Source of the DNA: a bacterium
GTDB lineage: Bacteria > Desulfobacterota > DSWW01
Reading direction: 5' to 3'
NCBI GenBank assembly: GCA_040756235.1
Contig: JBFLZG010000002.1
Location: 128,001 to 192,000 of the forward strand
Length of the DNA stretch: 64,000 nucleotides
Shown: in pieces, positions 30,268 to 40,836 of the stretch
Position numbering within the stretch: the stretch's first letter is position 1
How the letters are laid out: each line of letters starts with the position of its first letter
Program-made: the position numbers and the translations under genes
Notes under the pieces: generated by a model
The model's database searches: none
Told to the model about the DNA's origin: nothing
What the model saw: the letters and a program-made list of their open reading frames with translations, nothing else

Positions 30268-30930
30268 GTGAGCGCTCCTGTCGTCTGCATCGTCGGTAGA
30301 TCGAACAGCGGAAAAACGACTCTGATCGAACGGCTCATCCCGGTGCTCGTCCGCAAGGGGTATCGCCTCGCCACGGTCAAGCACGACGTGCACGGCTTCG
30401 AGATCGACCGGGAGGGGAAGGACAGTTGGAGGCACAGGCAAGCGGGCGCCTCGACGGTGATCTTGTCCTCGCCTGCGCGTATCGCCGTGGTCCGGGAGGT
30501 CGGGCAGGAGCTGGATTTGGAGCAGATCCGCAGCGCGTGGGCGCGCGAGGTCGATCTGCTTCTTACCGAAGGGTACAAACGGTCCCCTTTTCCCAAAGTC
30601 GAAGTCACTCTGGCGTGCGACTCCGAAGATCTGTTGTGCACGAGAGAGGATCTTCTGGCGGCGGTCGTTTCTAATCGTCCTCCCTTTGTCGATGTCCCTT
30701 TCTTCCGTGAGGGGGAGGTCGACCGTCTTGCGGCGTGGCTCGAAGAGACCTACATCCGGCCTCAGACGAGGCCCGCTCTCGAGCTCCTCTGTCGCGGGAG
30801 GCCGTTTCCGCTCGACCCCGCGGCCCGGAGTCTTCTGGAGGAGACGCTGCGGACTCTTCTGTCGGGGCTGCCCGGGTGGGATCCCACGGAGACGACCGAG
30901 ATCCGCGTGCGGGCGCGGGAGCCCGGATAG
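30268..30930 (+). CDS. mobB: Molybdopterin-guanine dinucleotide biosynthesis protein B
   Basis: GRSNSGKTT, VKHDVHGF, GKDSWRH and EGYK; start 30256 or 30268. Confidence 0.92.
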   Translation: MSAPVVCIVGRSNSGKTTLIERLIPVLVRKGYRLATVKHDVHGFEIDREGKDSWRHRQAGASTVILSSPARIAVVREVGQELDLEQIRSAWAREVDLLLTEGYKRSPFPKVEVTLACDSEDLLCTREDLLAAVVSNRPPFVDVPFFREGEVDRLAAWLEETYIRPQTRPALELLCRGRPFPLDPAARSLLEETLRTLLSGLPGWDPTETTEIRVRAREPG

Positions 30931-30969
30931 GGACGGGGGGCCCTCAGCAGGGAGTCGAGCGGCGTGCGG

Positions 30970-31653
30970 ATGGAAAACGAGAGTCAGATGAAGATCGGAT
31001 GGAGCGGTGCCGTTCTGGCGGGTGGAGAGAGCCGGCGGTTCGGACGGGACAAGGCGCGGGCCGTCCTCGGTGACAAGGAGCTGATCGCCCACGTCCTGCA
31101 GACTCTGGGGGAAGCATGCGATGAGGTCCTGATCGTCACGAACGAGGTCCGGCGCTTCGAGGACCTGGGGGTCCCGGTCGTATCGGATCTGATCCGAGGC
31201 GCCGGATCCCTGGGAGGATTGCTGACCGCCCTGGTCCACGCGGAATACGACCGCTGCTTTGTCGCCGGTTGTGACATGCCGTTCTTGAATGCCAGGGTGA
31301 TCCTGCGTATGCTCGAGCGGGCGGATGCCCACGAGGTGGTGGTCGCGACCTTGCGGGGAGAGCCCCAACCGTTGCATGCCGTGTACTCGAGGAGGTGCAT
31401 TCCCTGGATCGGGAAACGGATCGTCCAGCAGGACCTCTGCATGTTTCACTTCTATCCTTCTGCCTCCACCCTGTATCTTGAAGAGGCATTCTGGAAGGAC
31501 CTGGATCCGGACCACTTGAGCTTCATGAACATCAACACGCCGGAGCAGCTGCGCGAGGCCGAGGAGCTGCTGGGGCGCTGTGAACGGAAGCACGAAACCC
31601 GTGCCGAGGGCGGTGTGGCCTGGCCGAGGAGGAATGAGTGCCGCAACAGATGA
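30970..31653 (+). CDS. mobA: Molybdenum cofactor guanylyltransferase
   Basis: LAGGESRRFGRDKA, GSLGGL, CDMPFL, PLHAVY and NINTPE. Confidence 0.92.
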   Translation: MENESQMKIGWSGAVLAGGESRRFGRDKARAVLGDKELIAHVLQTLGEACDEVLIVTNEVRRFEDLGVPVVSDLIRGAGSLGGLLTALVHAEYDRCFVAGCDMPFLNARVILRMLERADAHEVVVATLRGEPQPLHAVYSRRCIPWIGKRIVQQDLCMFHFYPSASTLYLEEAFWKDLDPDHLSFMNINTPEQLREAEELLGRCERKHETRAEGGVAWPRRNECRNR

Positions 31654-32516
31654 TCGTGGGCGTGATTGGCGGGAGCGGGCTGTACGAAATGGAGGGGCTC
31701 GAGCCTCTGTCGACCCTCAAGGTCGCCACCCCTTTCGGCGAGCCCTCTGACGAGCTGCGGATCGGGCTTCTGGACGGAATCCAGATGGTCTTTCTGCCCC
31801 GGCACGGCCGGGGGCATCGAATCGGCCCCTCGGATGTGAACTTCCGCGCCAACATTTTCGCCATGAAGAAGGTCGGCGTCACCCGGATCGTCTCGGTCAG
31901 CGCGGTCGGAAGCATGCACGAGGCCATCCGGCCCGGTGACATCGTCGTATGCGATCAGTTCTTCGACAGGACCCGGGGAAGGGCCTCGACTTTTTTCCGG
32001 GACGGCATCGTGGCCCACGTGCACTTCGCGGATCCGGTCTGTCCCGAGCTGAGCCACTACCTGTACGAGGCGGGAGTCGAAGAGGGCGCCCGAATTCACA
32101 AGGGCGGCACATATCTGGTCATGGAGGGGCCCCAGTTCTCTACGCGAGCGGAGTCCAAGATCTACCGGCAATGGGGGGTCGACGTGATCGGCATGACCAA
32201 CCTCCCGGAAGCCAAGCTGGCGCGCGAAGCGGAGATCTGTTACGCAACCCTGGCGCTCGCCACGGACTATGACTGCTGGCACGAGAGCGAGGAAGATGTC
32301 TCGATCGACGCCGTTCTCGAGGTGATCCGAAGGAATGTGGCCACGGCGCAGAGCATCCTTCGAAGAGCTGTCGGAAGGATCGGCTCGGCTCGCAGGTGCT
32401 TGTGCTCTGGAGCGCTGGAGAATGCGATCATCACCGATCCGGACTGTATCCCCGACCGGATCAAGAGCGACCTGCAGCCTCTCATTGGGAAGTACATCCC
32501 CCTGAGACCCGTTTGA
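31650..32516 (+). CDS. mtnP: S-methyl-5'-thioadenosine phosphorylase
   Basis: GVIGGSGLY, PRHGRGH, EGPQFSTRAES, GMTNLPEAKLAREAE and TDYDCW. Confidence 0.95.
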   Translation: MIVGVIGGSGLYEMEGLEPLSTLKVATPFGEPSDELRIGLLDGIQMVFLPRHGRGHRIGPSDVNFRANIFAMKKVGVTRIVSVSAVGSMHEAIRPGDIVVCDQFFDRTRGRASTFFRDGIVAHVHFADPVCPELSHYLYEAGVEEGARIHKGGTYLVMEGPQFSTRAESKIYRQWGVDVIGMTNLPEAKLAREAEICYATLALATDYDCWHESEEDVSIDAVLEVIRRNVATAQSILRRAVGRIGSARRCLCSGALENAIITDPDCIPDRIKSDLQPLIGKYIPLRPV

Positions 32517-32528
32517 GGAGCGATCCAG

Positions 32529-33428
32529 ATGAGCCTGCTGGTTGTCGGGTCCGTGGCCCTGGACTGCGTGCAAACGCCTCAGGGGAGCGTGCGGGACAGT
32601 CTCGGGGGCTCGGCCACCTATTTTTCCGTTTCCGCGCGCCTCTTCTCGCGGGTGGGGATGGTCGCGGTCGTCGGCCGCGACTTCCCGGAGGAACACGTGC
32701 AGTTCCTTCGATCGCGCGGCGTGGACCTCAGCGGAATGGAACGGCGCGAGGGCAAGACCTTTCGGTGGCACGGTCGATACGGGCAGGACCTGAACGACGC
32801 GAAGACGCTCAAGACCGAGCTGAACGTGTTTGATGCTTTCCGTCCGAGTCTTCCTGCAGCCTACAGAGAATCCCAATACCTGTTCCTGGCCAACATCGAT
32901 CCGGACCTGCAGGTGAGTGTCCTCGAGCAAGTGAACGGCCCTCGACTCGTTGCTTGCGACACCATGAATTACTGGATCGTTTCCAAGCCCGAGGCGCTGA
33001 AGCGAGTCCTGAAGAGAGTCCATCTCTTTCTGGCCAATGAGGCAGAAGCCAAGCAACTCGCCCAGGAACACAACCTGCTCAAGGCGGCCCGAGCGCTCGT
33101 CCGTATGGGACCGTCGATCGTCATCATTAAACGTGGCGAATACGGGGCGCTCCTTTTCAAGGATGAGGCCGTTTTCTGGGCACCGGCCTATCCTCTCGAG
33201 GCGATACTCGATCCCACGGGGGCCGGGGACTCCTTCGCCGGCGGTTTCATGGGGTATCTGAGCGCGCGGGGAACTCTGGGTGAACGGGATCTGAGAAGGG
33301 CCTTGATCTATGGGAGCATCATGGCCTCTTTTTGCGTCGAAGACTTCGGCCTGGGACGGCTCGGAAGCGTGCGACGCCATGAAATCAGGGAGCGCTATGC
33401 GCTCTTCCGAAGTCTCACCCGTTTCTAG
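32529..33428 (+). CDS. PfkB-family carbohydrate/nucleoside kinase
   Basis: GGSATY, DTMNYW, KRGEYGA and DPTGAGDSFAGG. Confidence 0.92.
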   Translation: MSLLVVGSVALDCVQTPQGSVRDSLGGSATYFSVSARLFSRVGMVAVVGRDFPEEHVQFLRSRGVDLSGMERREGKTFRWHGRYGQDLNDAKTLKTELNVFDAFRPSLPAAYRESQYLFLANIDPDLQVSVLEQVNGPRLVACDTMNYWIVSKPEALKRVLKRVHLFLANEAEAKQLAQEHNLLKAARALVRMGPSIVIIKRGEYGALLFKDEAVFWAPAYPLEAILDPTGAGDSFAGGFMGYLSARGTLGERDLRRALIYGSIMASFCVEDFGLGRLGSVRRHEIRERYALFRSLTRF

Positions 33429-34265
33429 ATGGCTGCCCGTCAGGCGGCAGGAACAAAGCTCTTGGACACGCTTGGCAGATATCTGAGGAAAGCCCGCAAA
33501 GAAAAAGGCATCTCTCTTGACGAGATTGCCGGCATCACGAAAATCAATCTGCGCTACCTCAGTTCGATCGAAGAGGGCGGACATGGTCTGCTTCCTGCCG
33601 AGGTTTTCGTCGTCGGTTTCCTGAGGCAGTACGCCCAGGTCGTCGGCCTGGATCCGGAGGAGGTGGTCGCGCGTTACCGCATGGCTGCGGCGGGGAGGGG
33701 CCGCGGGTCGCCGGACCGCGAATCCAGCCGGTACCCGACCCACGGGAAGAAAGCCTTGCTCCTGTTGGCCGGTCTCCTGTTCTGCCTGTGCCTGCTCTGG
33801 CTGTTTCTGCGCCCGGGGGAATCGATTACGGAAGGGCGCATTCGGGCCATTCGGGTACCCAAATCCTCCAAAAAGGAGATCCTGAAGGCACAGCTCTGGA
33901 AGGATCTGGAGCTCGACTCAAGGGTGTCGTCCAGCGGCCTCGTGGAGGAGAACGGCTCGGTTGAGGGCGGGTTCCAGACAAGGGCTTACGGAGAGTCTCC
34001 ATTGAGCCAGGACAGAGGGAAGGTGGAAATCATGGTCCAGGGGAGTCGCAAGACCTGGATCCAGGTCGAGATGGATGACCGGCCCGTCCTGGAGAGGAGT
34101 CTCAAGCCCGGCGATCAGCTCGCCTTCAGGGCCAACGAGAGGATACAGCTCCGGATCGGGAACGGCAACGGAGTGAGAATCGTCTACAGGGGGAAAATCA
34201 TCGAGAACCTGGGAGACAAAGACGACATCATCCAGATCACCTTTCCTCCCCTGGAACCAGGATAA
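33429..34265 (+). CDS. RodZ-like protein (HTH, TM, DUF4115-like)
   Basis: LGRYLRKAR...SLDEIAGITKI...GFLRQYA HTH, one TM, C-terminal IGNGNGV beta domain. Confidence 0.85.
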   Translation: MAARQAAGTKLLDTLGRYLRKARKEKGISLDEIAGITKINLRYLSSIEEGGHGLLPAEVFVVGFLRQYAQVVGLDPEEVVARYRMAAAGRGRGSPDRESSRYPTHGKKALLLLAGLLFCLCLLWLFLRPGESITEGRIRAIRVPKSSKKEILKAQLWKDLELDSRVSSSGLVEENGSVEGGFQTRAYGESPLSQDRGKVEIMVQGSRKTWIQVEMDDRPVLERSLKPGDQLAFRANERIQLRIGNGNGVRIVYRGKIIENLGDKDDIIQITFPPLEPG

Positions 34266-34307
34266 GGGGACGGGCGGGATGTCCGTCAGACTGTCCGGAG
34301 GCAATTC

Positions 34308-35096
34308 GTGCCCCGATTCCAGGAGTCGGCATTCGTTTTGAGAAAATGGGATTTCGGCGAATCCGATCAGGTGGTCAGTCTCCTGACCCGCGGCAAGGGC
34401 CGGCTGAGAGGCATCGCGAAAGGAGCCAAGAGGAGCAAGAAACGCTTCGGGGGCCTGCTGTCCCCTTTCATGATGATCCAGGTGGAGTGTTTTGAAAAAC
34501 AAACCGGTGAGCTGGTGCGGGTCGAGGGCTGCACCCTCCTGCGGTATTTTTCCCGAATCCAGGAGGACCTTCCGAAGCTGCTGATGGGATGCACCGTGCT
34601 GGAGGTCATGGACCGATTGTTGCCGGAGGGAGAGACGGGCCACGGGTTCTTCCAGCTGGCCGAGGAGTCCTTTTCCTACCTGGAAGCAGAGGAGGAGGGA
34701 TTGGGTTCATTCCCGACAAAGTTCTTCCTCAAGGTCGTGGCCCTCCTGGGGCTGGAGCCGCAGTTCGGAAACTGCGTCCACTGCAGAAGGAGAATCGCTC
34801 CCGCAGGCCTGTTCGGGTTCTCCGTGCCCCAAGGGGGGGCCGTGTGCGGCTCCTGCATCCGAAGAGGCACCGCGACCCACCGGGTTTCGGCACAGACGTT
34901 GTCCATGCTTCGAAAGTGGCTTTGGGCTCCGCTGAGCGAGCCTTCGGGTTGCGATTGCCTCCCGAGCGCAGTGGGTGAAGCCGAGGCCATCTTGAGCGCC
35001 TTCATCTCTTTTCACGCAGGCAGAGATCTTCGGTCCCTGCAGGTTCTGCGGAAGATCTTTGCTGCGCAAGCCGGGCTGAACAGAAAGGATGTGTGA
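34308..35096 (+). CDS. recO: DNA repair protein RecO
   Basis: DFGESD, AKGAKRSKKRF, CVHC/CGSC zinc finger; upstream of glyQS. Confidence 0.92.
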   Translation: MPRFQESAFVLRKWDFGESDQVVSLLTRGKGRLRGIAKGAKRSKKRFGGLLSPFMMIQVECFEKQTGELVRVEGCTLLRYFSRIQEDLPKLLMGCTVLEVMDRLLPEGETGHGFFQLAEESFSYLEAEEEGLGSFPTKFFLKVVALLGLEPQFGNCVHCRRRIAPAGLFGFSVPQGGAVCGSCIRRGTATHRVSAQTLSMLRKWLWAPLSEPSGCDCLPSAVGEAEAILSAFISFHAGRDLRSLQVLRKIFAAQAGLNRKDV

Positions 35097-35102
35097 TCGC
35101 CT

Positions 35103-35957
35103 GTGCAGGTACAAGAGCTGATTCTGACTTTGAGCCGCTTCTGGTCGGAAAAAGGGTGTGTCCTCCAACAGCCCTATGACTTGGAAGTCGGCGCGGGAAC
35201 CTTTCATCCGGCGACCTTCTTTGGCGTGCTGGGGGCAGATCCATGGAGGGTTGCCTTTGTGCAGCCCTCCCGTAGGCCGACCGACGGAAGATACGGCCAG
35301 AACCCGAACAGGCTGCAACACTATTATCAATACCAGGTGATCCTCAAGCCTTCTCCGGCCGACGTCCAGGAACTGTATCTGGAAAGTCTGGAACGGCTCG
35401 GTGTCCAGCTGGAGAAGCACGATGTGCGCTTTGTGGAGGACGATTGGGAATCTCCCACTCTGGGAGCCTGGGGCCTCGGCTGGGAGGTTTGGCTGGACGG
35501 AATGGAGATCACCCAATTCACCTACTTCCAGCAGTCCGGCGGATTCGACTTGAAGCCGATCTCCGTCGAGATCACCTATGGCATCGAGCGCATTGCGATG
35601 TACCTCCAGGAGATTGACAACGTCTTCCAACTGCGCTGGAACGAGACGACTTCATACGGAGAAATGCATTTGCAGGCGGAGGTTGAGCACTGCCGTTTCA
35701 ACTTCGAAGAAGCGGACGTGAGCATGCTGCTCTACCTGTTCGAGCTGTACGAAAAAGAAGGCAAGCGCCTGCTGGAGAGAAGGCTCGTGTACCCCGCCTA
35801 CGATTTCTGTCTGAAATGCTCACACGCGTTCAATCTTCTGGATGCCAGGGGAGCCATCGGCGTGGACGAACGGACCCTCTACATCCAGCGTGTACGATCG
35901 CTGGCGCAGGGGTGCGCAAGGTGCTACTTGGAGAAGTCCGTCGGAACGTCCGGGTGA
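35103..35957 (+). CDS. glyQ: Glycine-tRNA ligase alpha subunit
   Basis: [34 protein letters not shown] and EITYGIER. Confidence 0.98.
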   Translation: MQVQELILTLSRFWSEKGCVLQQPYDLEVGAGTFHPATFFGVLGADPWRVAFVQPSRRPTDGRYGQNPNRLQHYYQYQVILKPSPADVQELYLESLERLGVQLEKHDVRFVEDDWESPTLGAWGLGWEVWLDGMEITQFTYFQQSGGFDLKPISVEITYGIERIAMYLQEIDNVFQLRWNETTSYGEMHLQAEVEHCRFNFEEADVSMLLYLFELYEKEGKRLLERRLVYPAYDFCLKCSHAFNLLDARGAIGVDERTLYIQRVRSLAQGCARCYLEKSVGTSG

Positions 35958-35994
35958 GGTCGGCTGCTCGCAAGAGGGGGTGTCGAAAAGGGTC

Positions 35995-38091
35995 ATGAGG
36001 AACGACTTCGTGCTGGAGATCGGAAGCGAGGAGATTCCCGCAGCTTTCCTCCCGGAAGCGCTGCTGAATGCCGCCAGGAGTGCGGAAGAGCTGTTCAACG
36101 CAAACCGCATCTCCTACGAGTCTCTGGTTGTCAAAGGCACGCCCAGGCGTCTCGTGCTGTACGTGTCCGGCCTAGCCGACCGGCAGGAGATGCGGGTGCA
36201 GGAGATCACCGGTCCGCCCCGCTCGGTGGCTCTCAACTCGGAAGGAAAGCCCACGAAGGCGCTGGAGAAGTTCTGTGCGCGCTACCAGTGCGATGCTGCC
36301 GGCGTTGCATGGGTGCGAACCGAGAAAGGGGAATATGCGTCGGTCCGGGTCACGGAGGGAGGTCGAAAGACCGTCGAGATCCTGGAAAGCATTCTGACGT
36401 CTTGGGTTCTGAGCATCCCGTTTCCGAAGTCCATGAGGTGGGGGGACCAGGATCTACGCTTCGTGCGTCCTGTGCGATGGCTCATGGCGCTGTACGGAGA
36501 GGATGTGGTCCCGATCCAGATCGGGGACGTGCGGAGCTCCAAAAGAACCTTGGGACATCGTTTCCTATCGGAGCGCAAGGGGATCGAGGTCCGAACCCCC
36601 GGAGAGCACGAGGGCCGACTTCTCGAGCAGAAGGTCATCCTGGATCCGCAGGAGAGACGGGGGATCATCCTGAGCAAGGCCCGAAGCCTGGCTGCGGAAG
36701 TGAGCGGAAGGCTGATCGAGGACGAAGCCTTGCTGCAGCAGTTGGTCTACTTGACAGAGTACCCGGTCCCTATCCGCGGGGGTTTCGAACCCGGATTCCT
36801 GGCGCTGCCCGAGCCGGTCCTCATCGCGACGCTGCGGGACCATCAGAAGTATCTCGCCGTTCGCGATGTCGGCACGGATCGTCTTCTCCCGCATTTCATC
36901 GCCGTTGCCAATACGGAAAGCGAGGACATGAGGCTGATCCGGAAAGGGAACGAACGAGTGCTGAGAGCTCGTCTCGAAGATGCGAAATTTTTCTTCGACG
37001 AGGACCTGAAGACGAGACTCGAGGACCATCTGGAGCCGCTCAAGCACGTCATCTATCATAAGAAACTCGGGACTTCCTATGAAAAGGTCGTTCGCATCCG
37101 CACCCTGGCGGATTTTCTTTGCCGTCAGCTCTGCCCTGAGAAGGCCTCGACGGTCAGCCGGGCGGCTCTGCTGTGCAAGTCGGATCTCGTGAGCCAGATG
37201 GTCGGGGAGTTTCCGGAGCTGCAGGGTACGATGGGAGGCGTCTACGCGGCGTGCGGTGGAGAAGACCCTGAAGTCGCTCAGGCGATCCGGGAACACTACC
37301 AGCCGGTTTCTGCCGAAGGAGAGATCCCGGAGTCTTTGGCCGGCTCGATCCTGAGCCTTGCGGACAAGACCGACACGGTCGTCGGCTTCTTCGGCATCGG
37401 CGCCACCATCAGCGGGACCTCCGATCCGTTCGGTCTGCGCAGAAGGGCGATCGGGATCTTGCGAATTCTCCTCGAGAGGCAACTCCAAGTCTCTTTGTCC
37501 CGCTTGTTGGACCAAAGCCTGGAGATTCTGAAAGATCGGATTTCCAAGGACCCGCGGCAGGTCCGGCAGGAAGTGGCCGATTTCTTGCGATCACGCTTTC
37601 AGCATCTCCTACTGGGTCGCGGGTTGCCCCACGACACCATCGAGGCCGTGCTCCAGCTGGGTTTTGATGACGTGCCGGACTGCTTTCGTCGGATCGAACA
37701 TCTGGAAAGAATGCGCTCCGATCCGGCTTTCCAGCAGCTCATCCTCGGCTGCAAGCGGACGGTCAACATCCTTCAGCAGGCCAGGAAGGAGTACGATTAC
37801 CAGGGGCCGGTACGAGCCTTCACGCCGAACGATTACACGAAGGATGCCGAGGTGGAGCTCCTGAAGGCCGCGGACCGGGCCGCCTCTCGTGTCGAGGGGC
37901 TCATGGAGAAGAGGGACTACGGCAAGGTCCTCGAGGCGCTCGTGGCGATCAAGACCCCGATTGATCGTTTCTTCGAAGATGTGATGGTACTGGTGGATGA
38001 GTCGGACGTGCGCACAGCCAGATTGAGCCTTCTATTCAAAATTTCTAAAATATTCGGATCATTTGCTGATTTTTCTAAGATCGTGCTTTAA
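35995..38091 (+). CDS. glyS: Glycine-tRNA ligase beta subunit
   Basis: LEIGSEEIP, TPRRL, FPKSMRW, GNERVLRARLEDA, EFPELQG and DPFGLRR. Confidence 0.97.
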   Translation: MRNDFVLEIGSEEIPAAFLPEALLNAARSAEELFNANRISYESLVVKGTPRRLVLYVSGLADRQEMRVQEITGPPRSVALNSEGKPTKALEKFCARYQCDAAGVAWVRTEKGEYASVRVTEGGRKTVEILESILTSWVLSIPFPKSMRWGDQDLRFVRPVRWLMALYGEDVVPIQIGDVRSSKRTLGHRFLSERKGIEVRTPGEHEGRLLEQKVILDPQERRGIILSKARSLAAEVSGRLIEDEALLQQLVYLTEYPVPIRGGFEPGFLALPEPVLIATLRDHQKYLAVRDVGTDRLLPHFIAVANTESEDMRLIRKGNERVLRARLEDAKFFFDEDLKTRLEDHLEPLKHVIYHKKLGTSYEKVVRIRTLADFLCRQLCPEKASTVSRAALLCKSDLVSQMVGEFPELQGTMGGVYAACGGEDPEVAQAIREHYQPVSAEGEIPESLAGSILSLADKTDTVVGFFGIGATISGTSDPFGLRRRAIGILRILLERQLQVSLSRLLDQSLEILKDRISKDPRQVRQEVADFLRSRFQHLLLGRGLPHDTIEAVLQLGFDDVPDCFRRIEHLERMRSDPAFQQLILGCKRTVNILQQARKEYDYQGPVRAFTPNDYTKDAEVELLKAADRAASRVEGLMEKRDYGKVLEALVAIKTPIDRFFEDVMVLVDESDVRTARLSLLFKISKIFGSFADFSKIVL

Positions 38092-38109
38092 CTAGGGAGG
38101 AGGTTCTTC

Positions 38110-40836
38110 ATGACGGCCAAGAGAGACGTGTACTTTTTCGGCGACGGCAAGGCTGATGGAAAAGCTGCATGGAAGGATCTGTTGGGTGGAAAGGGGGCCA
38201 ATTTGGCGGAAATGACCAATCTGCGCATCCCGGTTCCCCCCGGATTCACGATCACGACCGAAGTGTGCACGGCTTTCTACAAAGAGAAAGGGAAATATCC
38301 CCCCGGCCTCAAAGACCAGGTCGGCCGAGCTATGAAGAGAGTCGAGAAGATATTAGGGAGGCGCTTCGGACATCGGGACGATCCGCTGTTGGTTTCCGTG
38401 CGCTCGGGCGCCAGGAGCTCCATGCCGGGGATGATGGAAACGGTTCTGAATATCGGTCTGACGACCGGGACCATCCCCGGTCTCATCGCGAGGACGAAGA
38501 ACGATCGGTCTGTCTACGATGCGTATCGAAGGCTGATCATGATGTATTCGGACGTCGTGATGGAAAAGGCCGCCGGCATCGAAGCGGCCGAGAATCAGGG
38601 CATCCGGCGGGTTCTGGAACATGAGATGGACAAAATGAAGAAGGAGCGAGGCGTCCAATCGGACGTCGAGCTCAGCACCGAAGACCTGAAGGAGTTGGTC
38701 GGGATCTTCAAGAAGAAGGTGAGAGAAGTCCTCGGCACGTCTTTCCCGGATGAGGCGGAGGAACAGCTCTGGGGGGGGATCGGTGCCGTCTTTCAATCCT
38801 GGAACGGAAAGAGGGCCATCGCTTACCGAAGGATCGAAGGCATACCGGATGACTGGGGAACGGCCGTGAATGTTCAGGCCATGGTCTTCGGCAACACGGG
38901 CGACCTGTCGGCCACGGGGGTGGCGTTCACGCGGAATCCTGCGACCGGAGAAAAAGTGTTCTACGGAGAATGGTTGCCGAATGCACAGGGAGAGGACGTG
39001 GTCGCCGGCATCCGGACGCCGATGCCGCTGAACAAGGCCTGCAAGACCGAGGAGAACAGGCATCTGGCCTCTCTCGAGGAAGTGATGCCGCAGGTTTACC
39101 GGCAACTGGATCAAATCCGCAGGAACCTCGAGCGGCACTACAAGAACATGCAGGACCTCGAGTTCACGATCGAAGACGGCCGACTCTGGATGCTCCAGAC
39201 CCGCGACGGCAAGAGGACCGGGACGGCCGGCATCCGGATGGCCGTAGAGATGTGCAGGGAGGGGCTGATCGACAGGAAGACCGCCCTGCTTCGGATCAAG
39301 CCCGAAAGCCTGGACGAATTCCTGCATCCCATGATTGATCCCGAAGGGGAGAAGCGCACCAAGCCGCTGGCCAGGGGGCTGCCTGCCGGACCTGGAGCGG
39401 CCAGCGGCGAGATCGTTCTTTCGGCGGACCGGGCGGAGGCATGGGCAGGACAAGGCAGAAAGGTGGTCCTGGTGAGGACGGAGACATCGCCTGAGGACGT
39501 TCACGGCATGCACGCCGCGCAGGCGATCCTGACGGCGCGCGGAGGGATGACGAGCCATGCGGCGCTGGTCGCCAGGGGGTGGGGCAAGTGTTGCATCGTG
39601 GGCTGCGGGGCCCTGTCGATTCATGACCAGAGAAGAGAGGTCGATGTCAACGGAAGAGTGTTGAAAGAGGGCGATATCATCACTCTGAACGGTACCAGGG
39701 GGCTCGTCTACGAAGGAGCGCTGAAACTCATTCCGGCAGATCCCGAGCGAAACGTGCATTACAGGCAGTTGATGAAGTGGGCGGACAAAGAGCGTCGGTT
39801 GGGGATCCGCACCAACGCGGACCGGCCGGACGACGCAAGGAAAGCGCGGCAGTTCGGGGCCGAAGGCATCGGATTATGCAGGACCGAGCATATGTTCTTC
39901 GACCCGGAGCGCATTCAAGCGATGAGGGAGATGATCGTAGCCGGATCCAGAGAACAGCGGCGCCATGCCATCATGAAGTTGCTCCCGTACCAGCGGAAGG
40001 ATTTCGAGCAGATCATGGAAGCCATGGAGGGACTTCCGGTCACGATACGGTTGCTGGATCCGCCGCTGCATGAGTTTGTGAGCTTGGACAGGAAACAGGT
40101 GGAGGAGTTGGCGGGGCAGCTGAAGGTCTCTCCGGAAACGCTCCAGGCCAGAATCCAGCAGCTGCACGAACTGAACCCGATGTTGGGGCACCGCGGCTGC
40201 CGCTTGGGAATCACCTATCCCGAGATCTCCGAGATGCAGGCCAGGGCGATCTTTGAGGCAGCGGCATCGCTGAAGAAGCGCAAGAAAAGGGTGTATCCAG
40301 AAGTCATGATCCCGCTGGTGGGCAATGAAAAGGAGTTGAAGGACCAAAAGGAGATCGTCCAGCGAGTGGCCTTGGAGGTCCAGAAAGAGACCGGCGCCAA
40401 GTTTCCGTTCCTGATCGGCACCATGATCGAAATTCCGCGGGCCTGTGTCGTTGCGGACCGGATCGCGGAGGAAGCGGAGTTCTTTTCGTTCGGTACCAAT
40501 GACCTCACCCAGACGACCTTCGGATTCTCGCGTGACGACGTCGGGTCCTTCTTGCCGGAGTATCTGGCCAAGAAGATTCTTCCCGAAGATCCTTTCCAGT
40601 CGCTGGACATCGAAGGAGTGGGCGCGCTCGTCCAGTCGGCTGTGCAAAAGGGAAGGAACGCCCGCGGCAAGCTGAAGATAGGGGTATGCGGCGAACATGG
40701 AGGGGACCCGAAATCCATCCGCTTCTTCCACGCGGCAGGATTGGACTACGTGAGCTGTTCTCCCTTCAGAGTACCCATCGCACGACTGTCCGCTGCCCAG
40801 GCTTCGCTTGATTCGCGGAAGCCGAAGAAGGGTTAG
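38110..40836 (+). CDS. ppdK: Pyruvate, phosphate dikinase
   Basis: GGKGANLAEM, SVRSGA, GGMTSHAALVAR, GLCRTEHMF, FSFGTNDL and CGEHGG. Confidence 0.98.
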   Translation: MTAKRDVYFFGDGKADGKAAWKDLLGGKGANLAEMTNLRIPVPPGFTITTEVCTAFYKEKGKYPPGLKDQVGRAMKRVEKILGRRFGHRDDPLLVSVRSGARSSMPGMMETVLNIGLTTGTIPGLIARTKNDRSVYDAYRRLIMMYSDVVMEKAAGIEAAENQGIRRVLEHEMDKMKKERGVQSDVELSTEDLKELVGIFKKKVREVLGTSFPDEAEEQLWGGIGAVFQSWNGKRAIAYRRIEGIPDDWGTAVNVQAMVFGNTGDLSATGVAFTRNPATGEKVFYGEWLPNAQGEDVVAGIRTPMPLNKACKTEENRHLASLEEVMPQVYRQLDQIRRNLERHYKNMQDLEFTIEDGRLWMLQTRDGKRTGTAGIRMAVEMCREGLIDRKTALLRIKPESLDEFLHPMIDPEGEKRTKPLARGLPAGPGAASGEIVLSADRAEAWAGQGRKVVLVRTETSPEDVHGMHAAQAILTARGGMTSHAALVARGWGKCCIVGCGALSIHDQRREVDVNGRVLKEGDIITLNGTRGLVYEGALKLIPADPERNVHYRQLMKWADKERRLGIRTNADRPDDARKARQFGAEGIGLCRTEHMFFDPERIQAMREMIVAGSREQRRHAIMKLLPYQRKDFEQIMEAMEGLPVTIRLLDPPLHEFVSLDRKQVEELAGQLKVSPETLQARIQQLHELNPMLGHRGCRLGITYPEISEMQARAIFEAAASLKKRKKRVYPEVMIPLVGNEKELKDQKEIVQRVALEVQKETGAKFPFLIGTMIEIPRACVVADRIAEEAEFFSFGTNDLTQTTFGFSRDDVGSFLPEYLAKKILPEDPFQSLDIEGVGALVQSAVQKGRNARGKLKIGVCGEHGGDPKSIRFFHAAGLDYVSCSPFRVPIARLSAAQASLDSRKPKKG

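Noticed and set aside
31452..33743. Long antisense ORFs (also 6396-7991, 11131-12627, 29815-31593, 38353-39759, 47607-49523)
   Set aside because: Shadows of well-supported genes on the opposite strand, expected with GC-rich codon bias; no protein motifs
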